Below, one piece after another: positions 13,679 to 25,724 of a stretch of DNA of 64,000 bases. Location: assembly GCA_024679065.1 (NCBI GenBank), contig JAGIQG010000002.1, positions 96,100,001 to 96,164,000 on the forward strand, given 5' to 3'. The position numbers and the translations under genes are program-made. Origin of the DNA: Sphyrna mokarran (lineage: Eukaryota). The notes beneath the pieces are model-generated. The model was not told the origin of the DNA. It saw only the letters and a list, made by a program, of their open reading frames with translations, and ran no database searches. Position 1 is the first letter of the stretch. Each line of letters starts with the position of its first letter.

Positions 13679-15371
13679 GAGCGCGAATCTGAAAGAAGTT
13701 AGTCTGGGCCTTTCTATTTGGTAGTGAGTTCTTATGTACTTATTCTGCCAAACAGGACAGACAACAATATTTGCATTTCTTTTTGTTTTCGTTGCCCCTC
13801 TCTTTGAGTTTGTGTCATTGTATAAGTGGTAGAGGAAATGTTCAAATAGCTCTGCATTCCACAGGATGCTATTACTATACGGTGTTTAGGATTAATTGTT
13901 TTCCAATAGCGAAGTGTGAATGTTTCTGCTTCTATAGTCGTTACTATGTGATAATTTACTCCACAAGTAGTATCCCAATTGTTTCAATGGTTAGTTTTAG
14001 ATATTATTTGACTCTTCAAATAATGAGCGTAGTGGATAACACCATTTGCTATTGATAAGTATTGTATTGTAAGTGTCAATATTTTTACCGTATTAGTTCT
14101 TTTTGTTTTGTGTTGTCAAATTGAGAGGCCGTAGTGTTCAGTCAGCTTGTGCCATATTTTCTCTACCAAGAGAAACATTTATATTTGCTTATGACTTGAC
14201 AGCTGTAGGATAAATAAAGTCAGCCTAGCAACGCTATCGCTCTTAAACTAAAATTTCGCGAAGATTTTCTTAAATATATATAAAATATATACAGTAATAT
14301 ATATATAAATAAGCTATCCCATTTCTAAGAGTTTAGCCTTCAGCTAAAGCTGCCGAAAACTTTTTGTATGAAATAAGCTGTGAAAGGAAACTTAGCACTG
14401 TGAAATTGAATCGGTAGATGTCCTTGTTTCAGACAGAAAAAAGACAGTATACGTGGTAGGAATGACTACTTAGTTCCTGGGTCCATTAAATACGGCAATT
14501 TTCACCAAACGCACAGCTAACGACATAGCTGAATCCGCGGTTAAATTATGAAACATTCTTCATAATGTTTATCCAGAAAACCGAGAAACAAGTAACGGAT
14601 ATCACATCTCTTGTTTTGATTAGGTGAATGACTATTTGTAAAGTGGACTTTCCTTTGTTAGCTCCTGTATAGCCTTTCACCCTAATCGAACCAACACAAA
14701 ACTGTGTGTGAATAAATTGTTTCCATGTAAATGTAGACACAAGACCATGTTTATTTACCAATGAAAAGGGGATTCAGCGTTTACATGGACCGTGTACGAA
14801 AGTAAATGGAACGATTTCAACTCATTTTCAATATACGTGACTTGATTTTTAAGAACGCGAAGATTGCTTTAATAGTTTAGGATTGCGATGGCTTCGAAAT
14901 TTCCACCAATACGTGACTAAACCTTCACTACAATGAGCTATACGAACAAAACAGATTTTTAAAAAGAGTAGTATGTGAAAGAATTGGCCTTTTGATGTTG
15001 CACGATACCGATTTCCCCTCAACAAATCAGCGATGATAACCAAGACGTATGAATCCGCTCAATGCATAATAATTAAAATTAAATCCGATTTTTAAAAAAA
15101 AATCAAACCAATTCAGTTGCAAGAAAACATCAAGTCCTATTTATAACACTGACTGCGGGCAGCACTTAAAAAAAACCTGCACTTGAGGATTGAACAAATG
15201 TTCCGTTGTCTGGCAAGGATCTTTTTTTTGTTTGAAAGATGCCCTCCACATTGTTTTATGTGATTTATACTACGAAATGTAACGGTTACGTTTGAAATGT
15301 GTGGTAGCCTTAATTCGACCCGAGGCCGATTAGCCCGTTCATCAGAACCACAGGATTCCAAGCCTCAGTCT

Positions 15372-15385
15372 CCAGAGGGTGGCGC
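15372..15385 (+). promoter_or_regulatory. Candidate CTCF site between Hoxa6 and Hoxa5
   Basis: CCAGAGGGTGGCGC versus consensus CCASYAGRKGGCRS (2 mismatches), in a GC-rich patch where the mammalian Hoxa5|6 boundary lies. Confidence 0.4.
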
Positions 15386-15484
15386 GCAAGGACAACCCAA
15401 AGCTGCTGCTGGGAGGCGGCGGCGCGCCCCCGTGCGCGCTCCCCGCGCTCTCCCTTCCGCGCAACCTTCCCGCTTGTAGCCACA

Positions 15485-15704
15485 GTGCACGGATTTACCT
15501 CTAGAGGTCATCAGCGAGAATTTACGACTGGACAACAAAAGCACGTGATTCTAAGTCGTGCCCCATATTTGGGCGCCTACGTAGGAGGGAACGAAGTACA
15601 TGTCCCAGTCATTTCCATAATTCATCATAAATTGTGCAGGGTGCTAGACGCACAAGCGACCAAGAGCCACAAATCAAGTAAAAATAAATAAATAAAAAAA
15701 TCAA
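15485..15704 (+). promoter_or_regulatory. Hoxa5 hyperconserved promoter / 5' leader
   Basis: TTTACGACTGGACAACAAAAGCACGTGATTC...CCCCATATTTGG...CATAATTCATCATAAATTGTGCA, the block characteristic of Hox5 promoters; ACTGG-N10-CACGTG module. Confidence 0.75.
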
Positions 15705-16284
15705 ATGAGCTCTTACTTTGTAAACTCATTCTGCGGTCGCTATCCAAATGGCCCGGACTACCAGTTACATAATTATGGAGATCATAGCTCGGTGAGCGAG
15801 CAATACAGGGATTCTGCAACGATGCATTCCAGCAGGTACGGCTACGGTTACAATGGGATGGATCTCAGCATTAGTCGTCCAGCATCTAACCACTTTAATG
15901 CCAGTGAAAGATCTCGAAGCTACTCTGCAGCAGCAACAACAGCAGCAGCAGCAGGACCAGAAGCAGGAGCAGACACCAGGTACAACCAACCTGCCACATC
16001 CACTCAGTCTCCTTCACCTGACCCTCTGCCCTGTTCCGCCGTGGTCAGTCCGCCTGCAAGCGACAACCACCACGGAATCAAAAACTCCATAGCAAGCCCA
16101 ACTACCTCCTCAAATTCCAGCAGCAGCAGCAGTCACATCAGTAGAGATGGGGTTGGCACGTCGCCTGGTACTGAGGATGACACCCCGGCAAGCAGCGACC
16201 CTCCAAGTTCACAGAACGGGCAAAGCACAGCACAACAACAGCCTCAGATTTACCCCTGGATGCGAAAACTGCACATAAGTCACG
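15705..16284 (+). CDS. hoxa5: Hox-A5, coding exon 1
   Basis: [29 protein letters not shown] (Hoxa5 diagnostic); [13 protein letters not shown]; donor G|GTAAAA at 16285. Confidence 0.97.
15927..15972 (+). repeat. Imperfect (GCA)n repeat inside Hoxa5 exon 1 (AAATTAAAAG tract)
   Basis: gcagcagcaacaacagcagcagcagcaggaccagaagcaggagcag, read in frame as Ala/Thr. Confidence 0.7.
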
Positions 16285-16668
16285 GTAAAATCCCTCCTCT
16301 CTTCTTTTTGCATTAGTGGAGTCCTAAACTACTCTGGCAAATCAAAACGCTAAATGTACATGTTAATATTTCTTAATATCTTTGTAAGGATCATCTTTTT
16401 TTAAGTTGCTACTATATTTGAAACCATATGGGTGGTGGGATATTTGTTAATAAGGTGTCTAGTTACGCATCAGTAATTAAGAAGAAATAGGAACTGATAG
16501 ATAGAAAAAGGTGTGGTTTATTATGGGACAGTTTTGTCCAAGTGGGCACTTTAACATTTAGTTCTCGCTAAGTTTCTGAAGTCATTTTGTTGTTAAAGGC
16601 TGGAAGAGAGCGCAGGAGCTAGGCATAGACATGTCTGGGCTAGATTTCGGTCTAGTGCTTTGAGTTAG

Positions 16669-17004
<336 letters not shown>

Positions 17005-17699
17005 TCAATAGAAGTACTGGGCAGTAGCTGACCAATTAGCATAATGTCAATACAGTACTGACTTCCAAAACTCTTTTCCCGTGTTACTTCTATGAAGAAA
17101 ATCATTTCCATGTTGCCGTATTCCAATCTTTGAATCGTTAGTCTGTTTTCTGGCCGTACTGTTGCCTGTACAAGTAATCTGCTTACAGTATATTGTCTAG
17201 AAGTAACAACAATGTTGTAGGAGTAGGTTAGCCTTGTGAATTATAGCTGTTTAACTTATTTATATTAATACATGCGGTGTTACTTGAAGTAACTGTATAA
17301 AATCGTCCAGTAAAAATGTAATTTTGTGTTGCACTCTGCAAAAAGAAGTGTATGTAAGTGTTAGTGTTGCTAAATGTCAAAATAGCTCCAAGCTTGCAAT
17401 ACGTATTTAATTTCAGGCCATCGTCCTCTGTAATTGATATCGTAGTGTTAAATCACTGAGATGCTACCTATTCTGTGTTATTAGTGACCAGTGAATTTTG
17501 TGAAGGATATTGCGACTTTGAACTGTATGTCTTTGCTGTGCCTTTGTATGACTTTGCACGAACTCCAATAAGTGGCTCTTAGCGCAGCGTCAGTGTATGT
17601 TTTTTGTGACAAAGGATAAATATAAAACCTAAAAGACTGGAGGTTTAAGAAATTCGTGATGAGCTTTTGTATTTGTTTTTAAAACTGACTGGAAGTTAA

Positions 17700-17705
17700 A
17701 ATAAA
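17700..17705 (+). terminator. Likely Hoxa5 polyadenylation signal
   Basis: AATAAA about 0.7 kb after the stop. Similar candidates: Hoxa6 14213, Hoxa4 30179, Hoxa3 51076, Hoxa2 56831/56866, Hoxa1 63062. Confidence 0.45.
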
Positions 17706-18454
17706 GTTTCTATAGTAACTTTCCTGGACCTTGGCCTCCCAGATTAAGCATTTCTGTTGTTTCTATTGTCCTGTGAATTAAATTGTTTCGAGGGTTGAGT
17801 CCAAAACTTACACTAAAGCATAAAGTATATTCTAGTCTGTACAAGTTTGCACCACTCCTCCAGATAGGAATCTTGCAGTTTGGGCTTACGACAGGCAATC
17901 AAGCTGCGCAAATTTATAAAGTCGAAGTTTAATCAACAATTTTCTAAATTCTTGATCACTGCAAATGTTGCAATTCAGTAAGAATTGGCAAATGCAGTAT
18001 TTAAATGTTCTACTGTAATTTAGCATATTTACGCAATTCGTAGTAAATGTGTTCGCCTCTTCTAACTGTATTCCATGCGCCCTGTCTGTTGCGCACTTCA
18101 ACACCGTTTGCTAAATTTTCCGCAAATGCCCAATTTCTTTATTGTTGCTGTTGCTCTTCCTGCACTTCCTCTAACCCCCTTTATAAACATGGTTATTTGG
18201 AAATTGGTCTGAGGAAAAAGTGAACCTGAAGCACATCAACCACTTTGTTCCGCAGGTAGGCGTTAGTCACGTTTCCTCAACTCTTCGACCAAAGTGTAGC
18301 GTAAACGTTTCCCAACAGGTATTTTTCACTTTATAGAGTTAGCTTTACTTACCGCGCGAAGACAGGACAGAAAATTCGCCTCTTAGTTCCTGACAGCAAG
18401 GGGGATCAGCACTTTTACCCTTTCTGCTTAGTGACTGCTTGTCCTTTAAAGTTA

Positions 18455-18672
18455 TAATCAATAAACTTTTATACACCTCAGTTCCGGCTATATGACATTT
18501 GGGTGCCAAATGAATAGGGTTTTGTCTATGAATTAGATCGTAAAATCATCCATAGCACAGACTGATAGCCTCACTGGCTATAAAAAATCACGTGGTGTCA
18601 TTAAAGTAAGTTTTATGGTTTTGGGGAGTTGACAACCAACAGTATATTCTACATAACATATAATCTCACTGA
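18455..18672. promoter_or_regulatory. Conserved element 3' of Hoxa5 (Cdx-site enhancer / orphan promoter)
   Basis: CATAAACTTTTAT, TCGTAAAA, ACTGG(18573)-N11-CACGTG(18589), TTTTATGG and TATAAT, with a donor AAG|GTAAAT at 18810 downstream. Confidence 0.6.
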
Positions 18673-21600
18673 CGCTGGACTTCATTTGGTTCCTTTGCAG
18701 ATTGCGTGTGCAGACAGACCACTCAAATGGCTAATTTTCATGTTCAGAGGACTATCCACAGCTCCACAACTCCAATGTACAGGAAAGTTGTGTTTTCTTG
18801 CAAGACAAGGTAAATTTTGTTGAAATATTAACGTTGATGACTTTTCACGAGGAGTTTTGGCCCAGTGAAATGGGCCTTAAGCAACACCCAGAGTGCACTG
18901 AGGCAGAAGCAAGTGTGGGCAAAGTACTTGACTAGTTTCTTTCTGTGTTCCCAGCTTTTATTTTACAAGCCAGGTTTTAAAAATGAATGGGTAAAATAGG
19001 AAAAGAAGGAAACTTTTGAAAAGGTTAGTGCTTTCCCATTTTAAAATATCTTATATGTTTAAAGTTTTTGGAGATATTCAATTGATTTTCATTAAATGTT
19101 ACTGACATTGTCCAGTACCTTAATATGTGGAGTAGAACATTCTTAGTCCTTTTCATGGTTTCTTTACTCGCAGGCTCTGTTGTGTCACTTGTTTATTTGT
19201 ATTTTCTTGAGGGGAGTATAATGCCCCTGATATGTGTTGAGAAATACAGATGTTCGGTTGTCTTAATTATTACGCATTTGGGATAGTTGTAGGGCATTGA
19301 TACTTTAATGCGTATTGTGCAAGCATTAGCAATTTATTCTTACTCTGTATCACAACAAAGTCCCTGTCGTCACACACGACCTGATTAAAGTATCATTCAC
19401 TTTATTAGAAACACTATTTTCACATATTAAACCTATCCCCTCCTTATTTTCAGTTTAACTTTTATGGCAACAAAAATCATCCTCTTGAGCACATGTTATA
19501 AATAAATATGTGAACATAACAATCTTAATGCAAATAGTCTCGAATGAGGTATACGTGAGATACAAACACTTAAAGTTAAGAAAAAGAGTTAAAGAAAAGC
19601 CGCTTTAAAATACGGCCAGCAGAAGAGTTACTGCAACTTTAAATCTGACTGCTGTAACACCAACATAGCTTTTGGTGAATTGCAGGTTTCCCACAGTTGT
19701 GACTGACGAACCATAAACTTTATGACCGGCTTTTCATTCTTTGAAGCTTCCGCTAGTCTAGTGTGTATATATAGACTCACATGTGTAATTTACTGCTGAA
19801 GATAAAGTGTTTCAAAAGAAAAATGCAACATTTCATAAATTTGAAAGACTTGATTATTCCACTTTTCCCTATATGGACAAATCCAACTTATAGCATAGGG
19901 GGTGGGGATGGCAGTCGGCCACACGTTTAAAAGGGATGATATGGTAGAGAGCAATTACCCTGTAGAATTCTACTCAAAACGTTCCACTGCAATTAGGCCA
20001 ATTTTACGATGTGCTATAAAGATCCAACGGTAAATAGAGGAAATCAGCCCCAATATCAGTTTTGCAGTTCCGGATCGGCCATGTCAAACGCGTCAATCTG
20101 TTGTAATTTCCTTTGTATTAGTTTACATTTAAATATGACAGTTTAATATATCATCTGTCCAAATCACTTAAATCCTTTTTACAACAAGACAAAACGTGTT
20201 TTAGTTTCACCCAGTGCTACAGTGGCATCCAGTGTAACATTACATGTCAGTTATTAAATTTGAAATTGATGTATTTGTAATTGTTTTCCTAAGCATTAGA
20301 GATAACAAGTTATTTCGTTTCACATTGCACAAAGGTCTGTGCTTTTGATGTGTTTATTTTCTCGCCGAAAACACTAACACTTTTCTGTCTAAAAAGCGAG
20401 ACTCCAAAGTGGGTGGGGGTTGGGGTGGGTGGATTTAGTGCTAGCGGGGTACACAATGTATATTGAAAGGATTAAACATGCAAATGTTTATTTAAACTGA
20501 GTAATCAAAGACGTTACACAGTGTAGATATTCTGTGGGAACCGGTGAAAACATAACGTAGTTATGGGGTCCTTTTCAAGAAATCTTGAACTCCTGGTCTT
20601 TCTTTCATCGCTGAGGTAGTTATGCATTCCCCAAACGTAGAAAATGTCTTGTTTCCATATTTAGTAAACATTTGGTAAGTAAGATGTGTATCACCGAGGG
20701 GTTCAATTATTTCAAGAGAGGTGCATGGAATTGCCTTCCAGAATTTTTTTCTATGGTTGGGATTGCCACCTCACATGGATGCAAACTAATGTAGTTTTTT
20801 TGGAGGGGGGCGGTTCGCTTTACAGATGCGTCCTTATGTAACTTCTATACTGAAGAAAAACATGATTTGCAGTGTAAAATCTATCTGTTCCATTGGTGAA
20901 ACATATATTTTCAACACGTTCTCTAATTTCTGTCACAACAGAATGTTTAATCTGAAATTACCGTGATTCACTTTCCCTCCCAAATCTTTTTTTACCATAT
21001 ATAAATCTGATTGGTAGTCTAAATATAAATCTAAGGTCTTTGATAAGGAACCATTGCCAACATTTTGGTTGAGGCTCTTAATCCAAAGCTATCAGATATC
21101 ATACTTGTACCTACCCTTTAACACTCCATCTCATTAATCAGTGTTTAAATATTTTTTTAAAGCTACTGTGCAAATTTACCAATTCTCTAAAAACATAACG
21201 CAAAAAACATGTAAGTGTGAAACTAATAAAAAAGTTCCGAGGGGTAAAATCAAGATATGGTCGCCATAAAATCTGGAATGTGACGTGCTTACGTTTCGTC
21301 TGTGTTAAGGGCATCGAAAGGACAGCACATTTTTCAATAGCAATCTATGTTTGGCTTTTGGGCACAATAGAATTTTGCCTAAGCTTTGCAAATGAGCTTC
21401 TGCAAGAAATTCAGAGCAGGCATACTGTTAGCTTAACGCAGTTTCCTATTTGTAAACCTGTGCAGCTGCATATTATGTGAGAACGTGATTATCTTCTTGG
21501 GCCTCCTTTCAGCGAATTTAGGGGGTCCTGCAGCATTGTGATTTTCTATTTATGAGCCAAGTAACAGATAATTGTTTTGGCGTTCATTAGCGCAGTAAAA

Positions 21601-24600
21601 TAACCTGAAAGAGAAAGCATGAATGCTTCTTCATTTGTATATGAACACAACATGTTACAGTGCATTCACTATAAGGGGAATAAATAAACATGCATGTGTA
21701 GAATATCGTTATGCACGTGGTAACCTAATGTATTATTTTCATATTACCCAATAATCAAGCTGGATATAGCTTTTATAGACTGACTTTCTCCAATTATGTT
21801 TGCTGGATCTTACTTGTAGCGATCTAGTTAGCTATTATGGAGTTTCGTATGCAATCCTCTGCATTCTAAACATTGCAATGAAGGCTTTTAATTGAAGTGT
21901 GAGAGAAATGAATATACTTATGTGGGTTCCAGGGTTGTATCATAGTCATCTTTTACTTCTTGCATTTGTTTTGCATAATGTCATTTTGATACTCATTTTT
22001 TGCGAAATTAACTAATCATGTGCAGACAAACATTAAAATGCAAGAAAGGTAATTGTTACTAGATAGCCTACTATGAATTTCTCAGCACAGAAGCTTTGGG
22101 TGCAGCATGACCTTGTAGAAATTGAGGACTCTTTTTAAGTCTTCCGAGAATGGAATCATTAATACTTTCTGTATTTACTTGAATGCAGGATATTGCAATA
22201 GGGAATTGAAGCATTGTGTTGATATCTGTGCATCATTCTATGGTTGGCACCGGGGAGAAAACACATGAACCCCACTAAATAAATCGATTGTGTTTTTTAT
22301 TACTAGAGATAAATCGTTTCCTAAACAAAGTAAAAGTAATTATCACTTTAATAATCATGTTATTTTATAACAATAGTGATGGCAATATGAATTACGTATA
22401 CATATATATATAGATATATGCATTAGTTAACATTATAATTCTGAGGAAGGGATGGACAAATTGGAGTTAATCTTTTAAGAAATGTGGGCATAGAATCAAA
22501 GCACTGAAGTAATTCTTTTTTTAAAATGTTTTTTCTGCCTTTTTTGTTATTGCTTCGTCCACTACTTGTAGTTGTAATGTGAGCTTTTTAATTTTGCACC
22601 TTTTTCTCTAAAAGATGTGTCGTTAAAATGGCCTGCCTTTGGCATAGAACAAAACAAATATGCATGCACCCTCCTCATTTTTGGCAAAATACGGAACTCG
22701 AATCGTGAGTTATTTCATTGCCCCAATAAAGGCTTTTCGTTGTTTAAATCTAAGAAGGAATGCGTTGAGGAAAAAGCGAAACATGGAAGAGAGAATTACA
22801 AGGAAAATGCATCTGCACACTCTGCAACTCACCAGCAGAGCTCGCTTTAGACCAAGTTCACAGTCATTTTGTATGAGCATGGACTGGAAGCTCACGCATC
22901 CATTGTTCTATCAGTGCAACAGAAAAGGACGGAAATACTAAAATAGATTCAAAAGCTTAATGCATTTGTTTTGTTTTTGTATACTATCTATAATTACATC
23001 GGCTGGCCGATGCAGTAAAAACTTACCCACTTTGGCACATCCAACTAAATAAAAGAGCACTTGAATAAACAGCTTGCAGACAGTTGAGGTTCATGCCATT
23101 TTTGAGTTTAAAGAAAGGTTTCCCTTATGGGGTGGGTGTGGGGGGAAACTGAATGGGGTGGGGGCAGACGAGGAGGGGGATGGGGACAGTGCCTCCAGCA
23201 TTCCCAGACCTGAAATTAGCAGTACATCATGAAAATAGTGAACGAAAGGGGATATTATTTCAGTCCTCAGCAGTGCTTTGAAAAGGGGCTCCCTGTACCG
23301 TGGTTGGTAGGGCGGTACAACTGTAGGTCAAAAAGTTGAGGGTCAAAAGTTTACGTTTTGCACGACTTGTAATCATCTGCACAGACAGAGTTTGATGTCA
23401 ATGTTATAGCGCGATCTTGACTATCAGCACAAAAGATAAAATAGCTTTGAGTTACTCGTGTATCATACTATGGACTCCAGGTGAACCCGAGCGACTGAAC
23501 GACCTCAATTACTGACGAAAGGAAAGAAAAAAAATATTCTTTTCATGATCGAGACACGTTGTATTTCATCTTGAAAAATCGACCACGGTAATTTTTCTAT
23601 CTGCTGTGTATGTCCAGCAGGTAAACTTTCAACAACTGTACCAAAAAAATTGAGACTTTTGCCACAAAAAAATCGAATTGTTTTATTTCGGTTTGCCCCT
23701 TTTCAAGTCGAATGTCGCATTAGGAAAAAGAGATTCGGATACAGCAGCAGTCCGCCTGTCCAAGTACAGCAGCTAACAGTGTACACGGTCTGACTCAAGG
23801 AAAAGATCGACATCATTTAGGCTTCACAGGCATCCCCCCACACTCTGAATCGATTTGAACAATGTAAAACCAGTGGTACTAATTTAAAATGAAGCGATAT
23901 TTCAAAAACACTTTTTGAACTGAGGTCTAGTTTGAAATACAGTATAATGGGACAACTTTGTGTTTCTCCCAGTTCCGTATTTATACAAATATAATCAGAC
24001 TCACGGCGATAGAAAAGCTTGCTTTGAGAGGAAAGAGAAGTCTCTGGTTTAAAATGCAACAATAACATTTATTGAGGTTCTCCACTTAATCAAGCTAATG
24101 GTTATCTACGCATTCATTCCCCTCCTTTTTACTGACTGATAAACAGCGATATAAAAATCCATTTACACAATAATAGTGCTAATTTTATTCTTAATTGCAA
24201 ATGCAGCGTTGCAATTTGATATTAGCCGTAACTCCTGGCATGAAAGGTAAACGATTGAAGTCCAAGCACAATGGTTTATGAGATTTTAGCATGAAGACAA
24301 GGGTATGTTCTGTTTGCGGCATTAAATTCTTCTCAGATTATTGCAACCCGGATGTAACAGTTGCCACCAAACGTAATCATTTTGTTGTACCTTTTCCGTT
24401 TAGTTGCAATCAAGATAAACGTCAAATGCCTTTAAAGATGCTGAATAAGTCATTTGGGCTTACAGAATTTGAAAGTTCTATCACACTATTCTCTATATTG
24501 CACATATTGCGAGAAACAAGATGCAAATCTCTTATATAGTTATTCTATGGGGCAACAGTATTGTTCTTCCACTCTGTAGAACTGGAAAATCCGTGCCTTC

Positions 24601-25707
24601 GAAAGTAAAATAATTAGCACACAGGTAATAGGTCAATAAATAAAATATATGCAGAGATAAACGAAACTAATGTTTGTTACTAAATATACATTATACACTA
24701 AAAATTAAAGAAAGCAAATTCTTTAATATCTGAGGCTCTATTAAATGCATTATTTAATAGCCAAAGAAGCCATCTTTATTCTGACTTCTATTTGACACTT
24801 TTCAAAAAACAAAATCAGATTCTACTTGAAATGGGCAATATTGCTTTAAAATACAGACTGTAGCACCTGTGTGACTATGGATAGATAGGAAGAGAGACAT
24901 GATAGGGACATAGACGGAGGGTTAGAAAGGTCGTGGATTTAGATGAAAGAGGAATGGAGCATTTGTAGTAGCGGAGATAAAGAGAAAAACGTATCCAATG
25001 CAAATAATCTGACTTCTTTTTCTCCTGAGAAAGATGGAAAACGTACTCCAAACGAATAATTTCGTTTTATTAATTTGACACTTGTTACTAGAATAGTTTG
25101 CAAAACATTAAAACATATCCCTAAGCGGTAATATAATTGGTTAGGGTCGCTAGATTACTGAAATTTTAAAAGTTGTCACTGTTTTAAAACAGAAAATTCC
25201 ACATTAAAGCCATATTCCCCATTAAAGTATATTTTTAAGGATTCGATTTTTTTGACAAACAGAACAGCAGCCTGTGTAAGTTTATGAACCCAGAGCACAT
25301 GGACAGAGGCACCAATGAGAAGAATTTGAAATGAAATGCAGATGTATTGGTAAAACAAGGCCGTCCTTTGTGTAACTTTTTTTGCAAGTGAAATTAATTT
25401 TAAATTCCAAAAGCAAATTGTCTAATCACGACAGTCGTTAAATTTTGTTGAATATGCCTCCAATTAAGCTTTACGCGACTTATGAAACCAATCATTACAA
25501 ATCTATTGATTTTATTCCAAACCCTCACTATCTTATTTACAAACATTTAAAAGCGGTTACCGAGTGGGCTATTGAAACGCTCAAAACTGCTTAGCACCCA
25601 CGCATTTTGCTCAGTTTCCCCCTCCACAAAGGTAATGACCTGGGCAAAACACCCTGGTATTTGAAAGAGCACTATAGGCCTTTTAGAAATGGCTAAGTCC
25701 AAGGCCG

Positions 25708-25724
25708 AGGTGAAATTCAGGTCA
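25708..25724 (+). promoter_or_regulatory. DR5 retinoic acid response element, Hoxa4 5' RARE
   Basis: AGGTGA-aattc-AGGTCA, about 3.0 kb upstream of the Hoxa4 ATG; same half-sites and position as the known Hox4 5' RAREs. Followed by CTGTCA and AGATTAAT TALE/Hox motifs. Confidence 0.85.

Noticed and set aside
15853-16092. Alternative-frame 79-aa ORF with poly-Q inside Hoxa5 exon 1, plus an antisense poly-C ORF at 15765-15989
   Set aside because: Both are by-products of the (GCA)n repeat read in other frames; several ATGs precede it and there is no independent coding evidence.
19956-19967. TACCCTGTAGAA, identical to the first 12 nt of miR-10b
   Set aside because: The rest of the mature sequence and the complementary 3p arm are missing, and it lies upstream of the Hox4 5' RARE rather than between the RARE and Hox4. 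Treated as a chance match.
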